Below, piece by piece: positions 62,098-64,000 of a DNA stretch of 64,000 bases. Every line of letters starts with the position of its first letter. Position 1 is the first letter of the stretch. Position numbers and translations under genes: made by a program. The notes under the pieces are model-generated. The model saw only the letters and a list, made by a program, of their open reading frames with translations. It did not search any database and had not been told where the DNA came from. Source of the DNA: Bdellovibrionota bacterium (GTDB taxonomy: Bacteria; Bdellovibrionota_G; JALEGL01; DATDPG01); NCBI GenBank assembly GCA_963668355.1, contig OY764265.1, positions 1,056,001 through 1,120,000 of the forward strand. Direction: 5' to 3'.

Positions 62098-62950
62098 TGC
62101 CATACCCCGAATTTCTTGGGTTGACCTGAGAAAAAACCTCGAAAGTAAGACACCTTTCGAAGCCCTGTCTCCGTTGGCTACGTGTCTGATTCGCGTCCGT
62201 GAATATTCACCCTTCATCGCGAATGTCTCGCACTCCGGTCATCGGGTCCGGGAAGAACTCGAAATGAATATGCTCATAGAAGAACAAGAGCGTCTTTGCG
62301 AAGAAGATGTTGGAGTGGATCGCTTCTTAGACGCTTTCCCCATTCAAATCATCGCTTTAGATTCCCGTTACGAATATGACGTGAATCGTCCAAGAAAGCA
62401 TGCCGTCTATCTAAAGCCCTTTGAAAGCTGGGGAAAAAAGGTTTGGCGAAATCCTCCCAGGCCCGAAGAACTTGAGTTTTCTTTGGAAAAATACGATGAC
62501 TATCATGAGATCGTTGAGTTTGTCGTAGAGTCCATTCAAAAAATGTTCGGCTCTACACTTGTGTTGGATCTGCATTCCTACAATTACCGAAGGTCCGCTC
62601 AGAGTTCCGTCAAAACCCCTTTCCCAACCTTTGATCTAGTTTTGTCAGAAGAAGATAAAAAGGAGCACCAAAGCACGATTGATTTTCTCTCCACACAACT
62701 CAAAACGATTTCGACTCCGGAAGGACCTGCCACGGTATTAGAAAACGCCGTGTTTCAAAAAGACGGTGCCATAGCCGAAAGACTTCAAGCCTTTTTTCCG
62801 GATGTGCTCACCCTGCCCATCGAAATCAAAAAAATATATATGGAGGAAAAGACCGGGGTGTTTCACGAAGAGGTCCTTGAATCGCTGCGATCTTCCCTCA
62901 ATGAAATCTTTCCAAAAGTTTTTTCTCATTTTCGAAAGCAAACTTCATAA
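62078..62950 (+). CDS. N-formylglutamate amidohydrolase family protein
   Basis: HSGH, EED, SRYEYDVNR, LDLHSYN and IEIKK.YM.E. Confidence 0.85.
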   Translation: MEETTLDAIPRISWVDLRKNLESKTPFEALSPLATCLIRVREYSPFIANVSHSGHRVREELEMNMLIEEQERLCEEDVGVDRFLDAFPIQIIALDSRYEYDVNRPRKHAVYLKPFESWGKKVWRNPPRPEELEFSLEKYDDYHEIVEFVVESIQKMFGSTLVLDLHSYNYRRSAQSSVKTPFPTFDLVLSEEDKKEHQSTIDFLSTQLKTISTPEGPATVLENAVFQKDGAIAERLQAFFPDVLTLPIEIKKIYMEEKTGVFHEEVLESLRSSLNEIFPKVFSHFRKQTS

Positions 62951-63706
62951 ATGAGTGCGGCCGCCATCGACATTCAAAACCTGGTGAAGCGGTTTGGCTC
63001 TTTCACGGCCGTATCGGATATCTCTCTAACCATCCAACCGGGAAGCTTTTTTGGATTCCTCGGACCCAATGGAGCGGGAAAAACCACCACGATCAATGTT
63101 CTTACGGGGTTATGCACACCAACATCTGGAACCGTTTCGGTTTTGGGAAATGATGTTTTGCAGGACTATCGCAAATGCCGAAGCAAAATTGGCTTGGCTC
63201 CGCAGGATTTTAATTTTGATCGTTTTTTTTCGATTCGAAGGGTCATTGAGTTTGAGGCGGGATATTTTGGTCTTTCTCCCAAAAAGGCGCGCAAACGAAT
63301 TGATGCGTTATTCGACCGATTTGGGTTGACCTCAAAAGCGAACCAACGCGTCCAAACGCTATCCGGTGGTTTAAAACGAAGACTTCAGTTGGTAAAAGCC
63401 TTGGTTCATGATCCCGAAATTCTCATTTTAGATGAACCCACGGCGGGTGTGGATTTAGAGCTACGCTATGAGCTTTGGGAATACCTACGAGAACTCAATC
63501 GCCAAGGAAAAACGATCTTGTTAACCACTCACTATCTTGAGGAGGCCGAAAGCCTGTGTGAAGAAATTGCCATCGTTCATAAAGGCAAGATTGTCGAGCA
63601 AGGCTTAACGCGCGATCTTCTTCAAAAGAATAAAAAAAGTTTAGAGGAATTGTTTTTGTCGCGCGTGATTGAAAAGGATGGGGGGGCCGTTGGAAAATTG
63701 GATTAG
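62951..63706 (+). CDS. ABC transporter ATP-binding protein (YadG-like)
   Basis: GPNGAGKTT, LSGG, LDEPT and TTHY. Confidence 0.93.
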   Translation: MSAAAIDIQNLVKRFGSFTAVSDISLTIQPGSFFGFLGPNGAGKTTTINVLTGLCTPTSGTVSVLGNDVLQDYRKCRSKIGLAPQDFNFDRFFSIRRVIEFEAGYFGLSPKKARKRIDALFDRFGLTSKANQRVQTLSGGLKRRLQLVKALVHDPEILILDEPTAGVDLELRYELWEYLRELNRQGKTILLTTHYLEEAESLCEEIAIVHKGKIVEQGLTRDLLQKNKKSLEELFLSRVIEKDGGAVGKLD

Positions 63707-64000
63707 ATTCTGGACTCTCTTCAAACGCGAAACCTATCGCTATGTCAGCCGTTGGGGCCAAACCATTTTTCCCCCGGTGATCAGTACCGTTTTATTCATT
63801 GTAATCTTCGGATTCGTCTTGGGGTCCCGCATGCGTTTGATCGAAGGTCATGAATACATTCTTTTCATCTTCCCCGGTTTATTGCTCATGGGGGCGGGAA
63901 ACTCTGCTTTTCATAACGCCTCTTTTTCTCTGTTCATTTCCAGGTGGGATCATTTCGTGGAGGACCTGCTGGTTTCACCGCTCTCATACCTTCAGATGGT
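63690..64000 (+). CDS. ABC-2 type permease (YadH-like), 3'-truncated by window
   Basis: Manual translation ..TLFKRETYRY..QTIFPPVISTVLFIVIFG..YILFIFPGL. Confidence 0.85.
   Translation, partial: MENWIRFWTLFKRETYRYVSRWGQTIFPPVISTVLFIVIFGFVLGSRMRLIEGHEYILFIFPGLLLMGAGNSAFHNASFSLFISRWDHFVEDLLVSPLSYLQM

Overview
This is a gene-dense bacterial chromosome segment. The gene content (carD-ispD-ispF, several stand-alone PilZ proteins, DUF4388, a Myxococcus-type Cys-rich repeat protein, sigma54 promoters) suggests a deltaproteobacterial-type organism (Bdellovibrionota/Myxococcota-like; inference). Most of it is housekeeping: pyrD, rarA, metG, leuS-holA, rpsT, rpsA-sppA, yceD-rpmF-acpP-fabF-rpiB-glyA-ribD-ribE-ribBA-ribH-nusB, prkA-yeaH-spoVR, rimI-pyrK-csp-cutA-pfk, dnaE and guaAB. 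Small accessory patches of secreted or envelope genes lie between these. I found no rRNA, tRNA, CRISPR array, transposase, integrase or reverse transcriptase. The most striking signal is a family of modular non-coding palindromic elements. A ~200-nt rod-like motif occurs twice (3003-3204 and 54092-54290), with a 58/63-identical core but completely different, self-complementary stems. A 'shell' element bounded by 20-bp palindromic inverted repeats also occurs twice (11013-11436 and 53839-54353) and carries a different internal hairpin in each copy; in the second copy that hairpin is the rod motif. Other notable items are a 53-aa ORF missing from the track that sits behind a sigma54 promoter, a lipoprotein signal peptide split by a poly-T tract, a Gly/Tyr- and Cys-rich secreted mini-operon, a transglycosylase-like insertion between holA and rpsT, and a DUF1704 peptidase with a degenerate metal-binding motif. 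All calls are from reading the sequence; no database searches were run.
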